Source: Escherichia coli (lineage in GTDB: Bacteria > Pseudomonadota > Gammaproteobacteria > Enterobacterales > Enterobacteriaceae). Taken from it: a stretch of 64,000 nt of DNA. Shown here piece by piece: positions 21,974-38,486 of the stretch. Location: NCBI RefSeq assembly GCF_051903065.1, contig NZ_CP178438.1. One strand, given 5' to 3'. Under the pieces are notes generated by a model. It was not told the origin of the DNA. It searched no databases and saw nothing but the letters and a program-made list of their open reading frames with translations. Position 1 is the stretch's first letter, and each line of letters starts with the position of its first letter. Both the position numbers and the translations under genes were made by a program.

Positions 21974-22465
21974 ATGAACATACTTCTCTCTATTGCAATC
22001 ACAACAGGCATTCTCTCCGGTATTTGGGGATGGGTGGCTGTTTCCCTGGGCTTACTAAGCTGGGCGGGCTTCCTGGGCTGTACGGCCTACTTTGCCTGCC
22101 CGCAAGGTGGGCTGAAAGGGCTGGCGATCTCCGCTGCAACCCTGCTTAGTGGCGTGGTGTGGGCGATGGTCATTATTTACGGTAGTGCACTGGCACCACA
22201 TCTGGAAATTCTCGGTTATGTCATAACCGGTATTGTCGCGTTTCTGATGTGTATTCAGGCCAAACAGCTGCTGCTTTCATTTGTTCCGGGGACGTTTATA
22301 GGCGCATGCGCGACGTTTGCCGGGCAGGGTGACTGGAAACTGGTGTTACCTTCGCTGGCGCTTGGGCTGATATTTGGTTACGCAATGAAAAACAGCGGCC
22401 TGTGGCTGGCGGCGCGTAGTGCAAAGACGGCGCACCGTGAGCAGGAAATCAAAAATAAAGCGTGA
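21974..22465 (+). CDS. ycdZ: Inner membrane protein YcdZ (DUF1097)
   Basis: 163 aa from internal ATG (MNILLSIAITTGILSGIWG...). Confidence 0.9.
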   Translation: MNILLSIAITTGILSGIWGWVAVSLGLLSWAGFLGCTAYFACPQGGLKGLAISAATLLSGVVWAMVIIYGSALAPHLEILGYVITGIVAFLMCIQAKQLLLSFVPGTFIGACATFAGQGDWKLVLPSLALGLIFGYAMKNSGLWLAARSAKTAHREQEIKNKA

Positions 22466-22498
22466 GGGGCACTCACGCTTTCGCTTAAACAGTAAAAT

Positions 22499-22524
22499 GC
22501 CGGATGATAATTCCGGCTTTTTTA
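22499..22524 (+). terminator. Hairpin terminator between convergent ycdZ and csgG
   Basis: GCCGGATGATAATTCCGGC followed by TTTTTT. Confidence 0.5.
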
Positions 22525-22528
22525 TCTG

Positions 22529-23362
22529 TCAGGATTCCGGTGGAACCGACATATGGCGGTATTTCACCAGAATGTCATTCTGCCGTTCTGCTTTATTTTG
22601 CAAATCCCACAGACCACGGTCGATACCATCATTAATCAGGAAAATGACCCCTGTTTCGATAGCCGACATCAGACACAGCATAACGGGTTCGTTTGAGGTG
22701 TAACCCACTTCCCCTTCCAGCAAGCGCTGGTAGTCAATAAAGCGGAAAACCCCGGCCTGAACTTCATAGGAAAGTATCGTCTTACTGGTGTTCACCGAGG
22801 AGAGGATCTCACCGGTACTCACATTGACGACGCGCAGGTTCACGGCAATCTGATCGAGCTGGTATTGCGTGTCGGCACCGATCCCAAAATATCTTGCCCC
22901 AACCCCGCCCGATTTGACGTTGCTTTCATAACCGATAATCGAACCTTCAACCATGATATTTGCCGCCGTTAAAGATTGCAGCGGGATTCGGTTATTAATG
23001 GCAACCGTGCCGTTTTCTTGTGCCGCACGAATAATCTTGCGCTCGTTAAGCAGGTTTTGTAAGCCCTGGCGCTCCAGCGGTATAAACCAGCGAGAATCTT
23101 TCAATGCCGTGACCAGCATCGCCGTGGCGCTTTGCGGAACAGCAGTGGAGAAGTTACTTGCCGGGTAGGGTTTAAATTGCCCGGTTTCGTCCTGAATGTT
23201 GTATACCGAAACAAAGATCTTACCCGTCGGCGCTGGCAGATGGGTCAAATCTTTGTAGCTCTGAGCACGAGGCATTAATGTCGGTCTGGCGGCTTCTTTA
23301 GGCGGGGCGGTTAAGCATCCGCTCAGTAACATGACGGCAACCAAAAGAAATAAGCGCTGCAT
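22529..23362 (-). CDS. csgG: Curli secretion channel lipoprotein CsgG
   Basis: 277 aa MQRLFLLVAVMLLSGC... Confidence 0.95.
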   Translation of the reverse strand: MQRLFLLVAVMLLSGCLTAPPKEAARPTLMPRAQSYKDLTHLPAPTGKIFVSVYNIQDETGQFKPYPASNFSTAVPQSATAMLVTALKDSRWFIPLERQGLQNLLNERKIIRAAQENGTVAINNRIPLQSLTAANIMVEGSIIGYESNVKSGGVGARYFGIGADTQYQLDQIAVNLRVVNVSTGEILSSVNTSKTILSYEVQAGVFRFIDYQRLLEGEVGYTSNEPVMLCLMSAIETGVIFLINDGIDRGLWDLQNKAERQNDILVKYRHMSVPPES

Positions 23363-23388
23363 GATTATTTTCCTTATGAAGCTGGGGC

Positions 23389-23805
23389 TTAAAAATCGGT
23401 TGAGTTATTTTGTAAACCCGAAACCTGGATAGTCGAGGTTTGTCCGGTTTTACGATCTGTCACGTTCAACTGCAATTGACCATCGCGGTTGGCAATATCG
23501 ACAATATAATCGTTGGTCACCATGCGGCCCGGTTTCCCGGTATTAATATTCGACAGTAGCCCACCCAAAATTTGTGACTGGATGGCCTGAGTAAAGTTAT
23601 CTAACGCTGAGGGTGTTTCAATACCATAGTCATCGTTATAGCTCGGATCTTTATACGAGTTCTGTGCCTGGGCGCTATTTAATAAAAAAGCGCCATTATT
23701 TGGGTTGCCACCAAAGTTTGGATTACGGAACTGGAAAGTCATGGTTCCAGCCCAACTTAAAGGCGAAATAAACATGAGTAGAACTAGTGCATGTTTGACA
23801 CGCAT
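23389..23805 (-). CDS. csgF: Curli assembly protein CsgF
   Basis: 138 aa. Confidence 0.95.
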   Translation of the reverse strand: MRVKHALVLLMFISPLSWAGTMTFQFRNPNFGGNPNNGAFLLNSAQAQNSYKDPSYNDDYGIETPSALDNFTQAIQSQILGGLLSNINTGKPGRMVTNDYIVDIANRDGQLQLNVTDRKTGQTSTIQVSGLQNNSTDF

Positions 23806-23829
23806 TGCAGCCTCCGAACAATTTTTTAT

Positions 23830-24219
23830 TTAGAATTCATCATGCGCCAAATCGCCCGTACTTAATAACGCCTGATTTATCTGGCGACGATTTAGTGCTT
23901 CTTCAGTTTGAATCAGTGCAAAGACGACAGTTTTCTCGAAGTCTCTTTTCAACGGGAATAAAAAAGTCTGGAAAATAACGTCCTGATTGACCGTTATTGT
24001 GATCCAGCTTCCCCATCGTGCACTGGGCCTTTCATTAATCGTTAAGTTACCCGTATAGTCACTTTCCCATTTATCACTAAAGGCTCGGTAAAAATCATGG
24101 CCAATAGATGAAACAGTATGGTCAGTTAACAATCCCGGGACTTCTACCTCAACGGCGTGAAGATTCCCTGCGGCGAACAGAAATTCTGCCGCCACAATCC
24201 AGCGTAAATAACGTTTCAT
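23830..24219 (-). CDS. csgE: Curli secretion specificity factor CsgE
   Basis: 129 aa. Confidence 0.95.
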
Positions 24220-24223
24220 GGCT

Positions 24224-24874
<651 letters not shown>

Positions 24875-25627
24875 GATGAAACCCCGCTTTTTTTATTGAT
24901 CGCACACCTGACAGCTGCCTCTAAAATAGAAGCACCAGAAGTACTGACAGATGTTGCACTGCTGTGTGTAGTAATAAATCAGCCCTAAATGGGTAAAATA
25001 TAAAACTAATGGATTACATCTGATTTCAATCTAGCCATTACAAATCTTAAATCAAGTGTTAAACATGTAACTAAATGTAACTCGTTATATTAAAATGTTA
25101 ACCTTAAGGTTTTATTAAGTTTAGGAATGATAGAAAAGTTGTACATTTGGTTTTTATTGCACAATTTTAAAAAATCATACAAATGGTGCTAACTTACTAA
25201 TAATGCATATAAAAAATATTTCGGTGTAGTCCTTTCGTCATGTAAAACGTTCTTGTTTTTTCTCCACACCACCGTGGACAATTTTTTACTGCAAAAAGAC
25301 GAGGTTTGTCACGGCTTGTGCGCAAGACATATCGCAGCAATCAGCGACGGGCAAGAAGAATGACTGTCTGGTGTTTTTTGCTAGCGGAACACGGAGATTT
25401 AAAAGAAAACAAAATATTTTTTGCGTAGATAACAGCGTATTTACGTGGCTTTTAATACTTTGGTATGAACAAAAAAAGAAAAATACAACGCGCGGGTGAG
25501 TTATTAAAAATATTTCCGCAGACATACTTTCCATCGTAACGCAGCGTTAACAAAATACAGGTTGCGTTAACAACCAAGTTGAAATGATTTAATTTCTTAA
25601 ATGTACGACCAGGTCCAGGGTGACAAC
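24875..25627. promoter_or_regulatory. csgD-csgB divergent intergenic regulatory region (promoters, csgD 5' UTR)
   Basis: 753-bp AT-rich non-coding region between divergent csgDEFG and csgBAC; individual binding sites not mapped here. Confidence 0.7.
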
Positions 25628-26083
25628 ATGAAAAACAAATTGTTATTTATGATGTTAACAATACTGGGTGCGCCTGGGATTGCAGCCGCAGCAGGTTATG
25701 ATTTAGCTAATTCAGAATATAACTTCGCGGTAAATGAATTGAGTAAGTCTTCATTTAATCAGGCAGCCATAATTGGTCAAGCTGGGACTAATAATAGTGC
25801 TCAGTTACGGCAGGGAGGCTCAAAACTTTTGGCGGTTGTTGCGCAAGAAGGTAGTAGCAACCGGGCAAAGATTGACCAGACAGGAGATTATAACCTTGCA
25901 TATATTGATCAGGCGGGCAGTGCCAACGATGCCAGTATTTCGCAAGGTGCTTATGGTAATACTGCGATGATTATCCAGAAAGGTTCTGGTAATAAAGCAA
26001 ATATTACACAGTATGGTACTCAAAAAACGGCAATTGTAGTGCAGAGACAGTCGCAAATGGCTATTCGCGTGACACAACGTTAA
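25628..26083 (+). CDS. csgB: Curli nucleator CsgB
   Basis: 151 aa from internal ATG (MKNKLLFMMLTILGAPGIAAA...). Confidence 0.93.
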   Translation: MKNKLLFMMLTILGAPGIAAAAGYDLANSEYNFAVNELSKSSFNQAAIIGQAGTNNSAQLRQGGSKLLAVVAQEGSSNRAKIDQTGDYNLAYIDQAGSANDASISQGAYGNTAMIIQKGSGNKANITQYGTQKTAIVVQRQSQMAIRVTQR

Positions 26084-26123
26084 TTTCCATTCGACTTTTA
26101 AATCAATCCGATGGGGGTTTTAC

Positions 26124-26582
26124 ATGAAACTTTTAAAAGTAGCAGCAATTGCAGCAATCGTATTCTCCGGTAGCGCTCTGGCAGGTGTTGTTCCTCAGTA
26201 CGGCGGCGGTGGCGGTAACCACGGTGGTGGCGGTAATAACAGCGGCCCGAATTCAGAGCTGAATATTTATCAGTACGGTGGTGGTAACTCTGCACTTGCT
26301 CTGCAAGCTGATGCTCGTAACTCTGATCTTACTATTACCCAGCATGGTGGTGGTAACGGTGCAGATGTTGGTCAGGGCTCAGATGACAGCTCAATCGATC
26401 TGACCCAACGTGGCTTTGGTAACAGCGCCACTCTTGATCAGTGGAACGGTAAAGACTCTCATATGACAGTTAAACAATTCGGTGGCGGCAACGGTGCAGC
26501 GGTTGACCAGACTGCATCTAATTCCACCGTCAACGTAACTCAGGTTGGCTTTGGTAACAACGCGACCGCTCATCAGTACTAA
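26124..26582 (+). CDS. csgA: Major curlin subunit CsgA
   Basis: 152 aa, five imperfect repeats of S-x5-Q-x-G-x-G-N-x-A-x3-Q. Confidence 0.95.
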   Translation: MKLLKVAAIAAIVFSGSALAGVVPQYGGGGGNHGGGGNNSGPNSELNIYQYGGGNSALALQADARNSDLTITQHGGGNGADVGQGSDDSSIDLTQRGFGNSATLDQWNGKDSHMTVKQFGGGNGAAVDQTASNSTVNVTQVGFGNNATAHQY

Positions 26583-26603
26583 TACATCATCTGTATTAAA
26601 GAA

Positions 26604-26628
26604 ACAGGGCGCAAGCCCTGTTTTTTTT
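26604..26628 (+). terminator. Rho-independent terminator after csgA
   Basis: ACAGGGC-GCAA-GCCCTGT followed by T8. Confidence 0.6.
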
Positions 26629-26640
26629 CGGGAGAAGAAT

Positions 26641-27405
<765 letters not shown>

Positions 27406-27499
27406 GTTTCTGAACAACTCACGTTGCTGAGCAGAAAAATGCGATTTAACCAAAAAGCCTGCTGTACACTTAAGAAACAAGAAGGTGTAAGGAGGCGTT

Positions 27500-28033
27500 A
27501 TGAAAACGCGTATTCATGTTGTGCAGGGTGATATTACCAAACTGGCCGTTGATGTGATTGTGAATGCGGCTAATCCTTCATTAATGGGAGGTGGCGGCGT
27601 CGATGGGGCCATTCATCGCGCAGCGGGGCCGGCCCTGCTGGATGCCTGTTTAAAAGTCAGGCAACAGCAGGGCGATTGCCCTACGGGGCATGCCGTTATT
27701 ACGCTTGCAGGCGATCTTCCCGCTAAAGCCGTAGTGCACACCGTCGGGCCAGTCTGGCGTGGTGGTGAACAAAACGAAGACCAGCTTTTGCAGGATGCCT
27801 ATCTCAATAGCCTACGACTGGTGGCGGCAAACAGCTATACGTCAGTGGCTTTTCCTGCAATCAGTACTGGGGTTTATGGTTACCCTCGTGCGGCAGCGGC
27901 TGAAATCGCAGTAAAAACCGTTTCAGAATTTATTACCCGTCACGCTTTACCCGAACAGGTATACTTTGTCTGTTATGATGAAGAAAACGCCCACCTCTAC
28001 GAAAGACTCCTTACCCAACAAGGAGATGAATGA
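27500..28033 (+). CDS. ymdB: Macro-domain protein YmdB (O-acetyl-ADP-ribose deacetylase, RNase III modulator)
   Basis: 177 aa [25 protein letters not shown]... Confidence 0.93.
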
Positions 28034-28034
28034 T

Positions 28035-29456
28035 TTGCCCCGGCTGGCGAGCGCGGTGCTGCCACTGTGTTCGCAACATCCTGGTCAGTGTGGTCTTTTC
28101 CCTCTGGAGAAAAGTCTGGATGCGTTTGCCGCCCGGTATCGTCTGGCCGAAATGGCAGAGCATACGCTGGATGTTCAGTATTACATCTGGCAGGACGATA
28201 TGTCGGGTCGGTTACTGTTTTCCGCCCTGTTAGCCGCAGCAAAGCGTGGCGTTCGCGTCCGTTTGTTGCTGGACGACAACAATACGCCCGGACTTGACGA
28301 CATTTTACGCTTGCTTGACAGTCATCCCCGCATTGAAGTCCGGCTTTTTAATCCTTTCTCGTTTCGCTTGCTGCGTCCGCTTGGTTATATCACCGACTTT
28401 TCCCGTCTCAATCGCCGTATGCACAATAAAAGTTTCACTGTCGATGGCGTGGTTACCCTGGTGGGAGGACGAAATATTGGTGATGCCTATTTTGGGGCAG
28501 GGGAAGAGCCACTTTTTTCGGATTTAGATGTTATGGCAATAGGACCCGTGGTAGAGGACGTTGCCGATGATTTCGCCCGCTACTGGTATTGCAAATCGGT
28601 TTCACCCTTACAGCAGGTGCTGGATGTCCCGGAAGGTGAAATGGCGGATCGCATCGAGTTACCCACCTCCTGGCATAACGATGCTATGACGCATCGTTAC
28701 TTACGCAAAATGGAATCCAGTCCGTTTATAAATCATCTGGTTGATGGAACGTTGCCGCTTATCTGGGCGAAGACACGTTTATTAAGTGATGATCCGGCGA
28801 AAGGGGAGGGCAAGGCAAAACGGCATTCACTGTTACCGCAGCGCCTGTTCGATATCATGGGCTCACCCAGTGAACGCATCGATATTATCTCTTCCTATTT
28901 TGTACCGACACGCGCAGGTGTGGCGCAACTCTTACGGATGGTGAGAAAAGGGGTAAAGATTGCGATCCTAACCAATTCTCTTGCCGCTAACGATGTTGCT
29001 GTCGTCCATGCCGGATACGCGCGCTGGCGCAAAAAATTGCTCCGTTATGGCGTGGAATTATATGAACTCAAGCCGACGCGTGAACAAAGTAGTACGTTAC
29101 ACGATCGCGGCATAACAGGTAATTCCGGTGCCAGCCTGCATGCTAAAACCTTTAGCATCGATGGTAAAACGGTGTTTATCGGCTCTTTCAATTTCGATCC
29201 GCGTTCAACATTGCTCAATACTGAAATGGGCTTCGTGATAGAGAGCGAAACGCTGGCACAGTTAATTGATAAACGCTTTATTCAGAGCCAGTATGATGCG
29301 GCCTGGCAGCTCCGTCTGGACAGGTGGGGACGGATCAACTGGGTTGATCGTCATGCAAAGGAAGAGATTATTCTCAAAAAAGAACCCGCCACCAGTTTCT
29401 GGAAGCGGGTTATGGTCAGACTGGCGTCGATATTGCCCGTGGAATGGTTATTGTAA
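28035..29456 (+). CDS. clsC: Cardiolipin synthase C (PLD superfamily)
   Basis: 473 aa from TTG 28035 (AAGGAG 9 nt upstream), two HxK(x4)D motifs; in-frame ATG at 28026 overlaps the ymdB stop. Confidence 0.88.
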   Translation: MPRLASAVLPLCSQHPGQCGLFPLEKSLDAFAARYRLAEMAEHTLDVQYYIWQDDMSGRLLFSALLAAAKRGVRVRLLLDDNNTPGLDDILRLLDSHPRIEVRLFNPFSFRLLRPLGYITDFSRLNRRMHNKSFTVDGVVTLVGGRNIGDAYFGAGEEPLFSDLDVMAIGPVVEDVADDFARYWYCKSVSPLQQVLDVPEGEMADRIELPTSWHNDAMTHRYLRKMESSPFINHLVDGTLPLIWAKTRLLSDDPAKGEGKAKRHSLLPQRLFDIMGSPSERIDIISSYFVPTRAGVAQLLRMVRKGVKIAILTNSLAANDVAVVHAGYARWRKKLLRYGVELYELKPTREQSSTLHDRGITGNSGASLHAKTFSIDGKTVFIGSFNFDPRSTLLNTEMGFVIESETLAQLIDKRFIQSQYDAAWQLRLDRWGRINWVDRHAKEEIILKKEPATSFWKRVMVRLASILPVEWLL

Positions 29457-29463
29457 ATGTGGC

Positions 29464-30621
29464 TTAACGGGCTGGTGCTTTATCGTTCTCACGCTTAACA
29501 ACCGGTTTACCAGAAAACAAAAACTTCAGTAACGGGATGCGTAAATGAATTTCATACAGAATTATCGCAATCCCTACTACGAATATCAGGCCACAGAGAA
29601 AACCAAGCCAGTTGGAGGTGATGTGCGGTGTAATGTATGCGCCGAAAAACAGCGTTAACGGGTGGTGAACCAGATAGATAAACAGCGATGCGTTAACAAA
29701 GTAAGTCACCCGCGCTGACTGGAAGTTAAGCAAACGGTGGCCAAAGGAGAAGACCACATTCACCATCCACAGACCGAGGACCATGGTGATCACCGACTCG
29801 GTTTCGTACATCCAGGCATCGCCACTGCCATAGCGCTGGTTGAGTAAATAAGCGACAAACGCCAATGCTGCAGCGAGGGTACAGCCACGAGACGGCGTGG
29901 TAAACAAGGCTTTAAGATGAGGGAAAATGAAAGCCAGTGCGCCGAGGATAAAGAACGGTAAATAAAATAGCGTTTGCATGACAATAAAATTGAACATGCC
30001 ATTACTCAGAATGGGCGGATACACAATAAAAATCGTTCTTCTTATTACCGCATAACCGATGCCGAGGCACAAAAAAATCACCGATAGTTTTACCATCGAG
30101 AATTTTTTATTCGTTTTATCAGAATTTTCTAAATTATTTCTGATGCGTTTAAATATCCATACGCACAGCGTCGTCATGACCACTAACACCAGTAAAAACC
30201 ACAGGTGTGATATTAATTCCCAGGCTAACGTATTATATTTGTCATACAATGACAGCCCAGGCCAACTTTCCGCTTTCCCTTTGACGTATTGCAGCATAAT
30301 AAATTGCGGCAATGTCAGTAGGGGGATGGCTGTTAACATCGGGATCCCTACACGTTCGACACGTACTTTCCACCATTTTTTCAAGGGATAGCGTAAAAAA
30401 AGCATGTAGGAAAAGTAGCCGGATATAACGAAAAATACCTGCATGCGGAACGAGTGGATGAAGTCATTAAAAAGGGTCAGCCACAATGACGGTTCGGCGC
30501 TATTCACATGCCATGTATGGCTCGAATAGATTAAAGAAATATGAAAAGGGATCCCTAACAACATCAGCCAGGCGCGGATGGAGTCGAGGAAATATTCACG
30601 TTGCGCGGGTACTGGATTCAT
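29464..30621 (-). CDS. opgC: OPG succinyltransferase OpgC (MdoC)
   Basis: 385 aa polytopic acyltransferase. Confidence 0.93.
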   Translation of the reverse strand: MNPVPAQREYFLDSIRAWLMLLGIPFHISLIYSSHTWHVNSAEPSLWLTLFNDFIHSFRMQVFFVISGYFSYMLFLRYPLKKWWKVRVERVGIPMLTAIPLLTLPQFIMLQYVKGKAESWPGLSLYDKYNTLAWELISHLWFLLVLVVMTTLCVWIFKRIRNNLENSDKTNKKFSMVKLSVIFLCLGIGYAVIRRTIFIVYPPILSNGMFNFIVMQTLFYLPFFILGALAFIFPHLKALFTTPSRGCTLAAALAFVAYLLNQRYGSGDAWMYETESVITMVLGLWMVNVVFSFGHRLLNFQSARVTYFVNASLFIYLVHHPLTLFFGAYITPHITSNWLGFLCGLIFVVGIAIILYEIHLRIPLLKFLFSGKPVVKRENDKAPAR

Positions 30622-30903
30622 ATATGGTTAACTAATCTCGGATTTTTCGTCTTATCCCTGTCGGGTTATGCCTTTAGGCTTGTTGCCATAGCGACACCGA
30701 CCTGACCGCGCCAGGCGCAGGCTTCAAGGTTTTTATGCATAGCATCATCGCTACCACTAACCAGAATGGAAGCGTCTGTAAGACGGTTGATAAATAAATT
30801 TGCTGGCAAACCCTACACGAAGTCGATGCTTCTGTCTTTAGGAGAAGCACGGAAAGTGAAAACGGTTGCAATCAGGTGCTTAATCCATGAGCCAGCGTGC
30901 TGA

Positions 30904-35086
<4,183 letters not shown>

Positions 35087-35095
35087 AAACGTAGT

Positions 35096-35195
35096 TGCCT
35101 GATGCGCTACGCTTATCAGGCCTACATCGTTCCTGCAATTTATTGATTTTGCAAGATTTTGTAGGTTGGGTAAGGCGTTCACGTCGCATCTGGCA
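35096..35195. repeat. REP/BIME elements downstream of opgH
   Basis: TGCCTGATGCGCTACGCTTATCAGGCCTACA and an inverted, degenerate second copy. Confidence 0.55.
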
Positions 35196-35214
35196 AAAAC
35201 AACGAGCCAATAAA

Positions 35215-35242
35215 AATACCGGCGTTATGCCGGTATTTTTTT
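35215..35242 (+). terminator. Rho-independent terminator
   Basis: AATACCGGCGTTATGCCGGTATT followed by T7. Confidence 0.55.
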
Positions 35243-35258
35243 ACGGAAGAGGTATCAA

Positions 35259-35486
35259 ATGCGTTTAATTGTGGTGAGCATCATGGTGACCTTGCTGAGT
35301 GGCTGTGGCAGCATCATTAGCCGCACTATACCGGGGCAGGGGCATGGCAACCAATATTATCCCGGTGTGCAATGGGATGTGCGTGACTCCGCCTGGCGTT
35401 ATGTCACAATCCTTGATCTGCCATTCTCCCTGGTTTTTGATACTTTACTGCTGCCGATCGACATTCATCATGGCCCGTATGAGTGA
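35259..35486 (+). CDS. yceK: Lipoprotein YceK
   Basis: 75 aa, lipobox LLSGC. Confidence 0.9.
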   Translation: MRLIVVSIMVTLLSGCGSIISRTIPGQGHGNQYYPGVQWDVRDSAWRYVTILDLPFSLVFDTLLLPIDIHHGPYE

Positions 35487-35861
35487 TTAACGTTCATCCC
35501 ACTCATCAGCTGCTGCGCGTCCTTCCTCGGTATCCAGCGGTGGCTCAAGCTGAAATTCCCCCTCGTCCCATTCATGTAATGTATTCTCTTCCTGCCACTC
35601 CTGGCGGATCTCTATCTCATCATAGTCGCCATCAAAAACACTTTGCGCGGCTTCACCGCTAAGCATAGGTAAACATTCACCTTCTTCACCTTCGTCGGCA
35701 AAAAACTCAACTTGCCACATGATGTCGCCGTCCTGCAAAACGTATTTTTGGGCATTGAACTGTTGCACATTCGCGTCTTCGGCGTCGATGCCGGGGTTGT
35801 CTGCAAGAAATTCTTCGCGTGCAGCGTCAATGGCTTCTTCAAGCGTTGCGTACATGGTCAT
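35487..35861 (-). CDS. msyB: Acidic protein MsyB
   Basis: 124 aa MTMYATLEEAIDAAREEF..., highly acidic. Confidence 0.9.
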   Translation of the reverse strand: MTMYATLEEAIDAAREEFLADNPGIDAEDANVQQFNAQKYVLQDGDIMWQVEFFADEGEEGECLPMLSGEAAQSVFDGDYDEIEIRQEWQEENTLHEWDEGEFQLEPPLDTEEGRAAADEWDER

Positions 35862-35943
35862 CACGATTCTCCCTTTGAGTTGATGAGGTTTCAGGGAAAA
35901 GGATAGCTGATTCTCCGCTTTTGCAAGTATGAAAGGCGAAAAA

Positions 35944-37170
35944 TCAGTTCGATACCTGGGGTATACGACGACGACGTAGACTGTTCCATGAATAGACTGC
36001 GTTGAAAAACACTACGCCAGCGGTGACGAGAAATACCGCTCTGAAACCGTAGTTCGCTGAAATCGCTGCTCCCATCAATGGTCCGGTAACGTTGCCAATA
36101 TCACGAAACGATTGGTTATAGCTGAAGATACGTCCGGCGATTTGGTTGCTCGAGTTGTAAACCAACAGTGTCTGTACGGCGGGGAGTAGTGCACCATCGG
36201 CGGCACCGAGCAAAAAACGTAAAATCCCAAGTTGCAATGGCGTCTGAACGTAAGACATTGGGATCAACAGCAGTACAGAAAAGATCAGCGCCGTAATCAG
36301 GATCTTTTCGGGGCCGATTCGATCGCCAAGTTTGCCGAGTCGTGGTGCACTCAGCAGAGCCGCCACGCCTGGCACCGAGGCGATCATGCCACTGATAAAG
36401 GCGACGTTACTGACGTTACCCGCCAGTTCGCGGACATACAGCGTCAGAATGGGGGCAATTGAGCCCGTCGCCACCTGGATGATTAACGTAGTGACAAACA
36501 GGCTGAGTACCAGTTTCGGGTTTTTAAGTGATGTCACCACTTCCCGCATGTGCAGCATCTCTTTTTTGCTGACCGGCTGGAATTTTTCTCTGATGCAGAA
36601 CAGGGTGACGAAAAAGCAGAGTATGAGCACACTGGCGGTAATAAAGAATACCGGACGTAAGCCGTAGCTATCGGCGAGCAAACCGCCAGCCATTGGGCCG
36701 AGCAACGCGCCGCTAACGCCGCCTGTGGAGAGCGTACCCAGCGCCCAGCCGCTTTTATTACGCGGTACTTGTGTGGCGATAAGAGCATTAGCGTTGGGGA
36801 CAAATCCGCCAAGTAAACCAAGAAGCGCCCGCAGGATCAAAAACTGCCAGATATTTTGTGCCAGTCCCATCAACACCATTACGATGCCCATGCCGAGAGC
36901 AGAGCGTAATAGCATGAGTTTTCGGCCTTTACGGTCGGCGAGCCCACCCCAAAACGGTGAAGCGATGGCCGAAAATAAAAATGTAATGCTGAAGACAATA
37001 CCGGACCACATATTCAGGGCGGAGTGACCGGTAACGCCAAGCTGCTCAACGTAGAGGGGTAAGAAGGGCATTACCAGACTGAAGGCGGCACCAGTAAGAA
37101 AACAGCCTAGCCAGGCGACGATCAGGTTTCGTTTCCAGTTTATAGGGGTGTCATTTTCACAGGGTGACAT
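35944..37170 (-). CDS. mdtG: MFS multidrug efflux transporter MdtG
   Basis: 408 aa, 12-TM MFS. Confidence 0.93.
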   Translation of the reverse strand: MSPCENDTPINWKRNLIVAWLGCFLTGAAFSLVMPFLPLYVEQLGVTGHSALNMWSGIVFSITFLFSAIASPFWGGLADRKGRKLMLLRSALGMGIVMVLMGLAQNIWQFLILRALLGLLGGFVPNANALIATQVPRNKSGWALGTLSTGGVSGALLGPMAGGLLADSYGLRPVFFITASVLILCFFVTLFCIREKFQPVSKKEMLHMREVVTSLKNPKLVLSLFVTTLIIQVATGSIAPILTLYVRELAGNVSNVAFISGMIASVPGVAALLSAPRLGKLGDRIGPEKILITALIFSVLLLIPMSYVQTPLQLGILRFLLGAADGALLPAVQTLLVYNSSNQIAGRIFSYNQSFRDIGNVTGPLMGAAISANYGFRAVFLVTAGVVFFNAVYSWNSLRRRRIPQVSN

Positions 37171-37341
37171 AGCAATCCGCTGTTGGTGCGCCAGGCGCGG
37201 TGAACATAAGAAGAAAAGATAAGCACACTAATTATGCGCCCGACTTCCAGGGGGCGCAATCCAGAGAGCTTTTATCGCTAAATCAGGGGGATTTGTTGTG
37301 GTAATGCCGGATGCCATTCTGAAGCATCCGGCATGGAAGAT

Positions 37342-38262
37342 TTAATAGCGTGAAGGAACGCCTTCCGGGCGTGTTTTAAAGCGACGGTGTAACCACATAT
37401 ACTGCTCTGGTGCCATCATGATGCATTTTTCGACCACTTTGTTCATCCACGCGGCGGTAGTTTCGGCATCATCCAGTGGCGGAGAACACTCTGGCGGCAG
37501 CATAATCAATTGATATCCTTTGCCATCTGGCTTACGGCGTGGAACGAAGGGCACCAGACATGCGCCGGACATCCGTGCCAGCATCCAGGTTCCGGTCGTG
37601 GTCGCAGCCTGCTCAACGGCAAACAACGGGACGAAAACGCTTGAGCGCGGGCCGTAATCATGATCCGGTGCGTACCAGACCACTTCGCCTTTTTTCAGGG
37701 CTTTAATCATGCCTTTTAAATCTTTGCGGTCGAGCATCGATTTATTTGAGCGCAAACGGCCCCAGGTTTGTAGCCAGTCAATCAGTGGATTATCGTTCGG
37801 GCGGTAAACGCCAATCCCTGGTTCCTGCATACCAAACTGCCGCGCACCCAGCTCCAGTGTCAGAAAATGGATACCAACTAACAGGATGCCGCGTTTTTGC
37901 GCCTGCACGTCACGAATGTGTTCCATGCCGATCACTTCCGTCCAGCGGGCGATTCGGCGGTCCGGCCAGAACCACGCCATGCCAGTTTCCATCAGTCCCA
38001 TGCCAACGGATTCGAAATTCTTCACCACCATTTTACGGCGTTCTTGTTCGCTCATTTCCGGGAAGCACAGTTCCAGGTTGCGATGCACAATTTTTGCGCG
38101 TCGTTTCATAAAACGTAACGCCAGTTTTCCTAATCCACAACCGAGGCGGTAGATAACCGGGTAGGGCAATTGCACGACTAACCAAAGTACGCCAATACCC
38201 AACCAGGTTAACCAATAACGCGGATGAAGCAGTGCGGTGGAGAACTTGGGTAGATTCGTCAT
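37342..38262 (-). CDS. lpxL: Lipid A lauroyl acyltransferase LpxL (HtrB)
   Basis: 306 aa from internal ATG ([22 protein letters not shown]...). Confidence 0.93.
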
Positions 38263-38486
38263 ATCAATCCTGTTTTTCAACCTATTCGGGCAATTGTATG
38301 TATTGTCGCATTTTTTCGCCCGCAACCAAAATTTGTGGCTGAAGACTGGGCGAAATTGCCGCGCTTGTAAATAACAAATAATTTTTAATGCGCAAATGTA
38401 GCGTAAAATGTGTGGATGTTAATTATCGATAATTGCTATATCATGCCGCGGATTTTTACTTTCCCATCTCGCAGGAACCGTACACC

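Noticed and set aside
30674-30871. 65-aa ORF in the opgC-opgG divergent intergenic region
   Set aside because: Sits in the promoter region with no SD and no recognisable product; likely spurious.
37306-37332. Palindrome GCCGGATGCCATTCTGAAGCATCCGGC between mdtG and lpxL, considered as a terminator
   Set aside because: Not followed by a U-tract on the lpxL (minus) strand; may be a REP-like hairpin but evidence is insufficient.
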